Assembly: GCF_000007145.1 (NCBI RefSeq)
Contig: NC_003902.1
Span: 757,436 to 789,435 of the forward strand
DNA from: Xanthomonas campestris pv. campestris str. ATCC 33913
GTDB taxonomy: Bacteria; Pseudomonadota; Gammaproteobacteria; Xanthomonadales; Xanthomonadaceae
Length of the DNA stretch: 32,000 nt
Reading direction: 5' to 3'
Under the pieces are notes generated by a model, which did not search any database, was not told where the DNA came from, and saw only the letters and a program-made list of their open reading frames with translations. Below, in pieces: positions 8,257 to 19,149 of this stretch (within the stretch, counting starts at the first letter, position 1; each line of letters begins with the position of its first letter). The position numbers and the translations under genes were made by a program.

Positions 8257-8655
8257 TCAGGTGGTTGGGCCGCCGGCCGGTGCCGGCTTGCAATAGGCCT
8301 TGGCGGCGGCCTCGGCCAGATTGCGCTGCGCGGCGCGCGCTTCCGGGTCCAGCGGGGTGCCAGGCTTGCCGTCGCCGGCGCCCATGGTCACTTCGCCCTT
8401 GCCGCTGAGCAGCTCCAGATTGCGGCGTGCGGTGAGGCAGTCGGCCGATTCGGGCGCGGCCGTTTCCGGGGCGGCGATGGCGGCGGTGCCGCTGCGCGCG
8501 TCGATCCGGCGCGACTCGTAGCGTTGGCCGGTCGGGGGCGGGGTCTCGGTGTAGTGGGTCACGCCCTTGGCGTCCTTCCACTTGTATAGATCGGTGGCGC
8601 CGGCGGCGGCGCTGACCAGCATCAACAGGGCGCAGAGCCCGGACGACAGGTGCAT
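8257..8655 (-). CDS. Secreted DUF4124-domain protein
   Basis: 132 aa from ATG 8655 (GGGGAAG RBS). Signal peptide MHLSSGLCALLMLVSAAAGA, then DLYKWKDAKGVTHYTETPP, the DUF4124 hallmark. Confidence 0.7.
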   Translation of the reverse strand: MHLSSGLCALLMLVSAAAGATDLYKWKDAKGVTHYTETPPPTGQRYESRRIDARSGTAAIAAPETAAPESADCLTARRNLELLSGKGEVTMGAGDGKPGTPLDPEARAAQRNLAEAAAKAYCKPAPAGGPTT

Positions 8656-8790
8656 GAGGCTTCCCCTAGATGATTCCCGCGGCGATTGCAGCATTCAGCG
8701 ACCGCCGTGGCAAGTGATCGATGGGCCGGCAGGGCGCATCAGGCCGGGCCGCGCTACCGCCGGACGGACCTCAGGCCCTACACTTGCCGG

Positions 8791-9564
8791 ATGGATGAAA
8801 TGAGACCGCCCCCGCGTTCGCGCACGATCTACCTGCTGCCGAACCTGTTCACCACCGCCGGGTTGTTCTCCGGCTTCTACGCCATCATTGCTGCCGCCAA
8901 CGGCCAGTTCGTGCAGGCCAGCATGGCGGTGTTCGTGGCCGCGGTGATGGACGGGCTGGACGGCCGCGTGGCGCGCCTGACCAACACCAGCAGCGAATTC
9001 GGCGTGCAGTACGACTCGCTGGCCGACCTGGTCAGCTTCGGCATGGCGCCGGCGCTGGTGATGTATCACTGGTCGCTGTCGGCGCTGAAGTTCGACAGCA
9101 GCGTGATGGGCCGGGTCGGCTGGTCGGCGGCGTTTCTGTATGCGGCCTGCGCCGCGCTGCGGCTGGCGCGCTTCAACACCCAGGTCGGCGTGGTCGACAA
9201 ACGCTGGTTCATCGGCCTGGCCAGCCCGGCCGCGGCCGGCTTGATGATGTCCTTCGTGTGGGCCTTCGCCGACGACAGCCTGGGCCTGGATGGCGAGCAG
9301 CTGCGCTATGTGGCGCTGTGCGTCACCGTGGTGTCGGCGTTGCTGATGGTCAGCCGGATCCGTTTCTGGAGCTTCAAGGGCGGCGAACGCGGCCCGCGTG
9401 CCGACCGGGTGCCGTTCCTGGCGCTGGCGATCGCGGCGGTGGTCATCGCGCTGCTGGTCATCGACCCGGCACGCTCGCTGCTGGTGATCGGCGTGCTGTA
9501 CGCCTTGTCCGGCCCGGTGATGTGGCTGTGGCGGCGCGGACGCAGGACGCCCGAGCTGCCATGA
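8791..9564 (+). CDS. pssA: CDP-diacylglycerol--serine O-phosphatidyltransferase (type II PssA)
   Basis: 257 aa from ATG 8791. CDP-alcohol phosphatidyltransferase motif DGLDGRVARLTNTSSEFGVQYDSLADLVSFG. Multi-TM. Confidence 0.9.
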   Translation: MDEMRPPPRSRTIYLLPNLFTTAGLFSGFYAIIAAANGQFVQASMAVFVAAVMDGLDGRVARLTNTSSEFGVQYDSLADLVSFGMAPALVMYHWSLSALKFDSSVMGRVGWSAAFLYAACAALRLARFNTQVGVVDKRWFIGLASPAAAGLMMSFVWAFADDSLGLDGEQLRYVALCVTVVSALLMVSRIRFWSFKGGERGPRADRVPFLALAIAAVVIALLVIDPARSLLVIGVLYALSGPVMWLWRRGRRTPELP

Positions 9565-10028
9565 GCGAGATGGCCGTCGCGCCGGTGTGGTCGGACCTGC
9601 AGGTGAGCTGCCTGCAGGCGATGGGCCACACCGTGTATCTGGACCGCGACACGGTGGAGCCCGAACCGGCGCCTGCCGTGGCCGAGGCGCCGGCACCGGT
9701 GCGTGAACCTACGCGCCCGCAACACGCCGCGCCTGCGCCCAGCGCAGCACCTGCCGCACGCCGCAACGCACCGGCTGCGCCGTCCGAGCCACCTGCCGAT
9801 GTCAGCGTTCGACCGTCCGCGCCTGCCGCACCGCGGCGTGGCCGTGTGGGCATGCCCGACAGATTGCAGATTGCCTTGTTGCGTGCATCCGGCTGCAATC
9901 CCGGTGATCCGCAGACCCAGGCGTTGATGGCCTCCTGGCCTCTGGCCGAATTGCGCGGCAACCCGGCCGCCAAGCGCGCGCTGTGGCCGCAGCTGCGCGC
10001 CCTGCGCCGGCGCCAGGGCCCGGCGTGA
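9561..10028 (+). CDS. Probable divergent DNA polymerase III psi subunit (HolD-like) with Pro/Ala-rich insert
   Basis: 155 aa. ATG overlaps the pssA stop (ATGA) and the gene lies directly upstream of rimI, as holD does in E. coli. The C-terminal LAELRGNPAAKRALWPQL resembles E. coli HolD LTDLRANPTARAALWQQI, and the N-terminal LQVSCLQAMGHTVYLDR resembles WQLQQLGITQWSLR. Both E. coli sequences are recalled from memory. Confidence 0.55.
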   Translation: MSEMAVAPVWSDLQVSCLQAMGHTVYLDRDTVEPEPAPAVAEAPAPVREPTRPQHAAPAPSAAPAARRNAPAAPSEPPADVSVRPSAPAAPRRGRVGMPDRLQIALLRASGCNPGDPQTQALMASWPLAELRGNPAAKRALWPQLRALRRRQGPA

Positions 10029-10033
10029 GCGCC

Positions 10034-10507
10034 ATGAACGCGCCGATGCCCACTGCCCTGCGCGCGATGCGTGAGAGCGACCTGGACGCGGTGATGGACA
10101 TCGAGCGCCGCGCGTATCCGTTTCCGTGGACGCGCAGCATTTTTCGCGATTGCCTGCAGGCCGGGTATCCGGGCTGGGTGCTGGAGCAGGCCGGGCAGAT
10201 CATTGGCTACGGCGTGATCAGCATTGCTGCCGACGAGGCGCATGTGCTCAACGTCTGCATTGCACCGGAAGCACAGTCGCAAGGGCACGGCCGTGTGTTG
10301 CTGCGCGCGCTGATCAAGGCGGCCTGCGACCGTGGCGCGCGGCGCGCGTTCCTGGAAGTGCGCCCGTCCAATCCGTCGGCGATTGCCTTGTACCACTCCG
10401 AAGGGTTCAACGAGATCGGGCGACGTCCGCGCTACTACCCCGCGCACACCGGGCGCGAAGATGCCCTGGTGATGGCGATCGAGTTGTTCTTCGAAGGCAT
10501 CTCCTGA
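10034..10507 (+). CDS. rimI: Ribosomal-protein-alanine N-acetyltransferase
   Basis: GNAT fold motifs (VCIAPEAQSQGHGRVLLRALI; AFLEVRPSNPSAIALYHSEGF; RRPRYYP). Start is ATG 10034, or alternatively GTG 10025 overlapping the upstream stop (GTGA). Confidence 0.85.
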   Translation: MNAPMPTALRAMRESDLDAVMDIERRAYPFPWTRSIFRDCLQAGYPGWVLEQAGQIIGYGVISIAADEAHVLNVCIAPEAQSQGHGRVLLRALIKAACDRGARRAFLEVRPSNPSAIALYHSEGFNEIGRRPRYYPAHTGREDALVMAIELFFEGIS

Positions 10508-11208
10508 CCGATCGTGTGGCGCGCAGGCTTTGCGACGCCCTGGTGTGACTTGACTGATTGAAGGCTGGCCGCGCCGCTGCGTGGCGGGCGCGTATGTGCT
10601 GACGCTCGGCACCATCATCGAACGCGCATGCAGGTGTACGCGCTTGCACGGCATGCGTGTGTGCATGCGTCACAGCTGACGAAGCGAACGCAACGTGCGT
10701 GCGGCCACTTCTGCTCATCATGCGACGCACGCGCTGATTGATACCCCGCGGTATTGGACGTGTGTGCGCATGATCGATCACTGCGCTGCACATCGCACGG
10801 AAGTGCACGTCACCGGCAATGCGTTTTGCTGCGTTTGTGCGGTCTCCAGCGCTCAGTGATGTGTCCTGATCGCGCTGCTTGATGTGCCCTCTCACATCCG
10901 CGATCACACATCGTGCTTGCGCTGCTGCACGCCACCACGCGCTGCACGTGATGTTGCATTGCAGTGTCCTCGCTGCTGTCTCCGCGTGTCTGCGTCATCG
11001 CGTTTTGTCTTCTCTTGAATGTCCCGCAAGCGTTTGCGTGACAGCGCGTGCACATCGACACATCGCCTAGATACAACCGATTGCGATGCTCCTAGTATCC
11101 GTGTCGCGGAAACTGAAAAGTACACAGATGAAAAGTACGTTCCGCGCGCTCTAGTCGAGCGATGTGCCGCTGCGCGGTGCGTCGAACTTATCCGAGGGAG
11201 ACATCAAG

Positions 11209-12342
11209 ATGAAGCCGAAATTCTCAACGGCGGCCGCCGCGTCGCTGTTTGTCGGGTCGTTGCTGGTGATTGGCGTTGCCAGCGCCGATCCTGCACTGGA
11301 AGTTGCCACGACAGGCTGGGCCACGCAGAACGGTGGCACCAAGGGCGGCTCCAAAGCCGCGGCCGCCAATATCTACACGGTCAAGAACGCTGCCGAGCTG
11401 AAAGCTGCGTTGAAAGCCAGTGTTGGCAGCAACGGACGCATCATCAAGATCAGCGGCGTGATCGACGTCAGCGAAGGCAAGGCCTACAGCACCACGGCCG
11501 ACATGAAGAGCCGCGCGCGTCTGGACATTCCCACCAAGACCACCTTGATCGGCATCACCAGCAACGCGGAAATCCGCGAAGGCTACATGTACGTCAAGGC
11601 GAACGACGTCATCATCCGCAACATCACCATCGAAAATCCGTGGGATCCGCAGCCGGTCTGGGATCCGGACGATGGCAGCGCGGGCAACTGGAACTCCGAA
11701 TACGACGGGTTGACCGTGGAAGGCGCCAGCAACGTGTGGGTGGACCACGTGACCTTCACCGATGGCCGCCGTACCGATGATCAGAACGGCACCGCCAACG
11801 GCCGCCCGAAGCAACACCACGATGGCGCGATGGACGTCAAGAAAGGCGCCAACTACGTGACCATTTCGTACTCGGTGTTCAAGCTGCACGAGAAGAACGA
11901 TTTGATCGGCTCCAGCGACAGCGCCTCCAGCACCGACAGCGGCAAGCTCAAGGTCACCATCCACAACACCATGTTCCAGGACATCGCCGCACGTGCGCCG
12001 CGTGTGCGCTTCGGTCAGGTGCACCTGTACAACAACTACCACGTCGGCAGCACCAGCAATAAGGTGTATCCGTTCTCGCATGCGCATGGTGTCGGCAAGG
12101 AATCGAAGATTTTTTCCGAGCGCAACGCATTCGAGATCAGTGGCGTGAGCAGCTGCGACAAGATCGCTGCCGACTACGGCGGCAGCGTGTACCGCGATCA
12201 GGGCTCGTTGCTCAACGGCAAGGCGCTTTCTTGCTCGTGGAATACCAACATCGGCTGGACGCCGCCGTATACCTACAACCTGCTGTCGGCCGACAAGGTC
12301 GCCGCCGACGTCAAGGCAAAAGCAGGTGCCGGAAAGCTGTAA
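11209..12342 (+). CDS. pel: Secreted pectate lyase, PL1 family (copy 1)
   Basis: 377 aa. GAGGGAG RBS. Signal peptide [28 protein letters not shown]1 hallmarks NVWVDHVTF and [17 protein letters not shown]. Confidence 0.92.
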   Translation: MKPKFSTAAAASLFVGSLLVIGVASADPALEVATTGWATQNGGTKGGSKAAAANIYTVKNAAELKAALKASVGSNGRIIKISGVIDVSEGKAYSTTADMKSRARLDIPTKTTLIGITSNAEIREGYMYVKANDVIIRNITIENPWDPQPVWDPDDGSAGNWNSEYDGLTVEGASNVWVDHVTFTDGRRTDDQNGTANGRPKQHHDGAMDVKKGANYVTISYSVFKLHEKNDLIGSSDSASSTDSGKLKVTIHNTMFQDIAARAPRVRFGQVHLYNNYHVGSTSNKVYPFSHAHGVGKESKIFSERNAFEISGVSSCDKIAADYGGSVYRDQGSLLNGKALSCSWNTNIGWTPPYTYNLLSADKVAADVKAKAGAGKL

Positions 12343-12349
12343 GCGTTAC

Positions 12350-12383
12350 CACGTGCAGTGCCCGGCAACGGGCACTGCACGTG
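12350..12383 (+). terminator. Strong hairpin after pel copy 1
   Basis: cacgtgcagtgcccg-gcaa-cgggcactgcacgtg: a perfect 15-bp stem 7 nt after the stop, with no U-tract. Confidence 0.5.
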
Positions 12384-12579
12384 ATGGGTTGCAGCTATGC
12401 CGAGGGTGCACGTGCAGCATAGCGAAAATATACTTTTAAATAATTTACATAACCGATAGCATCGGTCGTGTCCGCTAGGGGACTGGCCGATTCGGCCTGG
12501 GCGGATGCAGTGCTGTCACGGGGAGCGCGTCGCGCATGCGACGTGTCATTGCATCACTCATTCAAGAGAATTCAACACC

Positions 12580-13722
12580 ATGTCGACTGCATCGACAGTT
12601 GTGGGTCGTACGGTTGTGGGCGTCGTTCTGGGCGCTGCGTTGTTGTCGGGCACCGCGTATGCGGCAGACCCTGCACTGGAAGTGGCCACCACCGGCTGGG
12701 CCACCCAGAACGGCGGCACCAAGGGAGGCTCCAAGGCGGCGGCGGCAGACATTTACACCGTCACCAACGCGGCCCAGCTCAAGGCGGCCTTGAAGGCCAA
12801 GGCCGGCAGCAACGGCCGCATCATCAAGATCAAGGGTGTCATCGACATCAGCGAAGGCAAGGCCTACACCAAGACCTCGGACATGAAGAGCCGTGGTCGC
12901 CTGGATGTGCCGACCAAGACCAGCCTGATCGGCGTCGGCACCAATGCCGAAATCCGCGAAGGCTTTTTCTACGTCAAGGCCAACGACGTCATTGTGCGCA
13001 ATCTCACCATCGAGAATCCGTGGGATCCGGAGCCGGTGTGGGATGCCGACGACGGCGATGCAGGCAACTGGAACTCCGAATACGACGGGTTGACCGTGGA
13101 AGGCGCCAGCAACGTGTGGGTGGACCATGTGACCTTCACCGACGGCCGCCGCACCGATGATCAGAACGGCACCGCCAACGGCCGCCCCAAGCAGCATCAC
13201 GATGGTGCGATGGACGTCAAGAAGGGCGCCAACTACGTGACCATTTCGTATTCGGTGTTCAAGTCGCACGAGAAGAACAGCCTGATCGGCTCCAGCGACA
13301 GTGCATCGAGCACCGACTCCGGCAAGCTCAAGGTCACCATCCACAACACCTTGTTCCAGGACATTGCCGCACGTGCGCCGCGCGTACGCTTCGGCCAGGT
13401 GCATCTGTACAACAACTACCACCTCGGCAGCACCAGCAATAAGGTGTACCCGTTCTCGCATGCGCATGGCGTGGGCAAGGAATCGAAGATCTTCTCCGAG
13501 AACAATGCCTTCGACATCAGCGGCGTGAGCAGCTGCACCAAGATTGCTGGCGACTACAAGGGCAGCGTGTACCGTGACCAGGGCTCGTTGATCAACGGCA
13601 AGGCACTGACCTGCAGCTGGAACAGCAACATCGGCTGGAAGCCGCCGTATACCTACAACATCCTGCCGGCCAACAAGGTGGCAGCGGACGTCAAGGCCAA
13701 GGCTGGCGCCGGCAAGCTGTAA
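12580..13722 (+). CDS. pel: Secreted pectate lyase, PL1 family (copy 2, tandem paralog)
   Basis: 380 aa. Signal peptide [28 protein letters not shown]. The mature region is collinear with and highly similar to copy 1, with the same PL1 motifs. Confidence 0.92.
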   Translation: MSTASTVVGRTVVGVVLGAALLSGTAYAADPALEVATTGWATQNGGTKGGSKAAAADIYTVTNAAQLKAALKAKAGSNGRIIKIKGVIDISEGKAYTKTSDMKSRGRLDVPTKTSLIGVGTNAEIREGFFYVKANDVIVRNLTIENPWDPEPVWDADDGDAGNWNSEYDGLTVEGASNVWVDHVTFTDGRRTDDQNGTANGRPKQHHDGAMDVKKGANYVTISYSVFKSHEKNSLIGSSDSASSTDSGKLKVTIHNTLFQDIAARAPRVRFGQVHLYNNYHLGSTSNKVYPFSHAHGVGKESKIFSENNAFDISGVSSCTKIAGDYKGSVYRDQGSLINGKALTCSWNSNIGWKPPYTYNILPANKVAADVKAKAGAGKL

Positions 13723-13737
13723 CGCCGAGCGCATCCT

Positions 13738-13802
13738 GCACCGCTGCGTCATGCAGCGGTGCGAACGCAGCACACAACGCCTGCAGCGATGCAGGCGTTG
13801 TG
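13738..13802 (+). terminator. Two consecutive hairpins after pel copy 2
   Basis: gcaccgctgc-gtcat-gcagcggtgc (13738-13762) and cacaacgcctgca-gcga-tgcaggcgttgtg (13773-13802). Confidence 0.5.
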
Positions 13803-14267
13803 CGTTGTGTGCAATGGCGTGTGTGCTGTGCCGATGGCCTGCGTGGCAGGCCGCGCAGCGTGGGTGACAAGGCCGACCCGGATGCTCGTTTAACGACGCG
13901 CACGGCCTGGCGATTCAGTCGGCGCTGCTGTCGGAGCACGACGTGTTCCGGATCGGTGGGACCCGTGGTTGCAGGGATGGAGTGCAGGGCATCGGTGGCC
14001 GCACCGATCTCGATCGCGTGGAGCAGATCAACGGCGCGCGGATGGTGTGCATGCTCACTACCGCGATCGGTTGGAAGCCGCGTGATGCGTACAGTCGGTT
14101 GCCGAGCACGGCCGTGGCTGCGGCGGTGCTGGCGTATAGGGGCGCCGGAGGACCTTAGACCGGCTAACAAAACGTCGCGTCCGCCTGGCGCCTGCGCAGT
14201 CGTTGTGATCGCTGATTTTAACCGGTAAGTGCCGCAGCCCAATGGCTGCGGACAGTGCATGCATCAA

Positions 14268-14293
14268 ACGCCTGCGCCATCTGGCGCAGGCGT
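14268..14293 (-). terminator. Probable valS terminator hairpin
   Basis: acgcctgcgcc-atct-ggcgcaggcgt: an 11-bp stem 8 nt downstream of the valS stop. Minus-strand tail is ttgatgcatg. Confidence 0.5.
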
Positions 14294-14300
14294 CGTTGCT

Positions 14301-17135
<2,835 letters not shown>

Positions 17136-17248
17136 GGTGGAATCAAAAGGAGACTGGAAATTTGAATGATCGAAGCGGCGCTAGTTAGCACCAGAATGCA
17201 GTTTTTTTCGTTTTTCAGAGATGGGAAGTAAGGTAATTGGAAAATCTG

Positions 17249-17914
17249 TCAGTGATTCATTGCGCCATAAGCTTGTGTCAGCTTACGCAGTCCATCGCGA
17301 AACTTACAGAAGCTTGGAGACTGATTGAGCTCTACATCCATCTTGGGGCAGATATGGTCGGCCCATGCATGCTTGACCTCGCCAGGTAGCGGCCAGCCAG
17401 CTTTCATGATGGCTGCAGATCCGCCAGGGTGAACTGCGTCCGCCAAGAGCTCCCAGGTTCCACAGATGCTGTCCTGCTGGTAGCCCGAAAGTATTTCTTT
17501 TCTTGCTTTTGGATAGGCAGCGAGCACAGCTGGCTTGTCACCCAGGAACCAGGATTCCATTTCCTCGATCGCGAGGCGAAAAAGAGTCTTCGGCGCCGGA
17601 TTGCACCGCTGCAGCACGGCTTTCAAATCGGCCAGGAAAGTAGCGCAGTCGCGTCGATCACTATCTAAGACAACAACTACTGCGTCTACGCCTTGCGTCC
17701 TGCCGTACCCGCTGAGGAGTCTGGGAAGCTGGTTCAATAATGCGCGCTTCGCAGGGTCTGCAGTAGTCGAAAGGCCGGCTGGTAGTCGTCCGATTCCTTT
17801 GTAGGGGTGGATGCGCCACGTATGCGGTTCTCCATGGAGCCCGATGACGGCTGGCAGCAGCATGCTCACCACCTTGGCGCCAGAACTGTCTTCCACAAGG
17901 ACTTCAATATGCAT
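17249..17914 (-). CDS. DUF4276-like small protein with TOPRIM-type acidic signature (putative nuclease effector)
   Basis: 221 aa from ATG 17914, 2 nt after the ATPase stop. MHIEVLVEDSSG (Glu8), VVVVLDSDRRD (Asp84-x-Asp86), AIEEMESWFLGD. No signal peptide or TM segment. Confidence 0.7.
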   Translation of the reverse strand: MHIEVLVEDSSGAKVVSMLLPAVIGLHGEPHTWRIHPYKGIGRLPAGLSTTADPAKRALLNQLPRLLSGYGRTQGVDAVVVVLDSDRRDCATFLADLKAVLQRCNPAPKTLFRLAIEEMESWFLGDKPAVLAAYPKARKEILSGYQQDSICGTWELLADAVHPGGSAAIMKAGWPLPGEVKHAWADHICPKMDVELNQSPSFCKFRDGLRKLTQAYGAMNH

Positions 17915-17916
17915 AC

Positions 17917-19149
17917 TTATTTTGTATCCAAGTAGTCGCCATACCAAAGTCCACCGAGGGGCAATCCTTCTTCTACGAGATTACGCACCAAATCGATATC
18001 GGACGCCCGGCAAATGGTGGAAAATCCATTTTTTCCTTTCTCGAGTATCCAGACTTCCTTGGTTGAAAGTGCATCTACGAAATAGGGCTGGTGGGTGGTG
18101 ACGAAGATCTGTGGGGCGTTCTTCTTTCCCGTGGCATGGCTTCGCAGTTCACTCGCAAGTGAATCGAGTAATCGATGGTAAAGACCGTTCTCGGGCTCCT
18201 CGATGCAGATAAATGGTGGTGGTTCAGGATCTTCCATCAAGAGCAGGTATGCAAATATTTTCAGCGTTCCATCCGACATCTGGCCAGCATAGAAGGGATC
18301 GTTGAAGGCACCATCGTTGAATTGAAGAAGGACGCGTTTGTCTTGCGTCACAGTTGTTCTGATGCTGTGCACGCCAGGAATTTTTGCCGCGATACGGTCA
18401 AGGATTGTTTTGAAACGTTCTTTATGTTCGCGTTCCATATATTGAACGACGTTTCCGATGTTTTCGCCATGCACATCGAGATGTCGCTGAGCCCCGGCCG
18501 AAGGTATGGAGCGTGCAGAGTCCGGGTGGAAATAGGAGAGATGCCAGCCTTTCAGGAAGTCGCGGAAACGCTTGATGCGCGGATGCTCTTTCAATGTGCC
18601 AAGAGTTGCAATTCCCAACTGGCGCAAATCAGTGAGCTCCACATCCTCTTGAGCGCGATCTTCTTCGCCGCTGGATGTTTCCACCGCTTCTTCGCCAGCC
18701 CATACCTTTCCAACGCCGTGATGCAGGCGTAAGAATGGGTAGGGGCGGCCGTGTTTCTGTCCTTTGCGACGTTGCTTGAGAACCTCTGACTCGACGAATG
18801 GTCGCCCGCTGCTGTCCAGATTGATGGCCAGCTCGTAGGTGATGGGGCGTTCGCCCTTGGCTTCTCGGTAATAGATATCGAACCGTATGGATTCCTCAGT
18901 TCCCAAGGAGCGCATGCGCTCAAAGCCTCCGCGTTGTTTATCGTCGCAGGCCGATTCCACGTCCTTCGATAAGCAGTCGGCGACAAAGCCGAAGGCATCG
19001 AATAGCGTGCTTTTTCCGACACCGTTCTTGCCGATGACAACGGTGAAAGGAGTCAGCGGATCACCCTGCTGTTCAGCAGATAGGCGTCCAAGCGTGATAT
19101 CGCGCAGCGCGCGATAGTTGCGGACACGAAAGCCTTCGATTAATGCCAT
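17917..19149 (-). CDS. ABC/SMC-type (AAA_15/AAA_21-like) ATPase
   Basis: 410 aa. Walker A GKNGVGKST (aa 40-48), signature-like QMSDGT (aa 290-295), Walker B FICIEEPE (aa 313-320), H-loop TTHQ (aa 351-354). About 240 aa are inserted between the Walker A and signature motifs. Confidence 0.85.
   Translation of the reverse strand: MALIEGFRVRNYRALRDITLGRLSAEQQGDPLTPFTVVIGKNGVGKSTLFDAFGFVADCLSKDVESACDDKQRGGFERMRSLGTEESIRFDIYYREAKGERPITYELAINLDSSGRPFVESEVLKQRRKGQKHGRPYPFLRLHHGVGKVWAGEEAVETSSGEEDRAQEDVELTDLRQLGIATLGTLKEHPRIKRFRDFLKGWHLSYFHPDSARSIPSAGAQRHLDVHGENIGNVVQYMEREHKERFKTILDRIAAKIPGVHSIRTTVTQDKRVLLQFNDGAFNDPFYAGQMSDGTLKIFAYLLLMEDPEPPPFICIEEPENGLYHRLLDSLASELRSHATGKKNAPQIFVTTHQPYFVDALSTKEVWILEKGKNGFSTICRASDIDLVRNLVEEGLPLGGLWYGDYLDTK

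Noticed and set aside
8198-8589. 127-aa and 120-aa ORFs overlapping the DUF4124 gene
   Set aside because: They are off-frame or antisense to an ORF that has a clear signal peptide and the DUF4124 motif. Both are Arg/Gly-rich.
10880-10915. Possible Clp/CRP site tgtgccctctcaca and nearby tcacacatcgtg upstream of pel-1
   Set aside because: The half-site spacing is two bases short of the TGTGA-N6-TCACA consensus, and the site lies about 300 bp from the ATG. This is too weak to call.
10508-12579. HrpX PIP box (TTCGB-N15-TTCGB) upstream of either pectate lyase
   Set aside because: Both upstream regions were scanned by eye and only isolated ttcg strings were found, with no properly spaced pair.
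13868-14158. GC3-rich open frame (...LLSEHDVFRIGGTRGCRDGVQGIGGRTDLDRVEQINGARMVCMLTTAIGWKPRDAYSRLPSTAVAAAVLAYRGAGGP*)
   Set aside because: Its codon bias hints at coding or ex-coding DNA. However, there is no ATG or RBS (only an internal GTG), no recognisable family and a Cys/Arg-rich beginning. It may be a gene relic but is not supportable as a feature.
14165-14175. 11-mer ctaacaaaacg shared with 4693-4703 near the IS target
   Set aside because: Dozens of 11-mer coincidences are expected by chance in 32 kb, and the flanking sequence does not extend the match.
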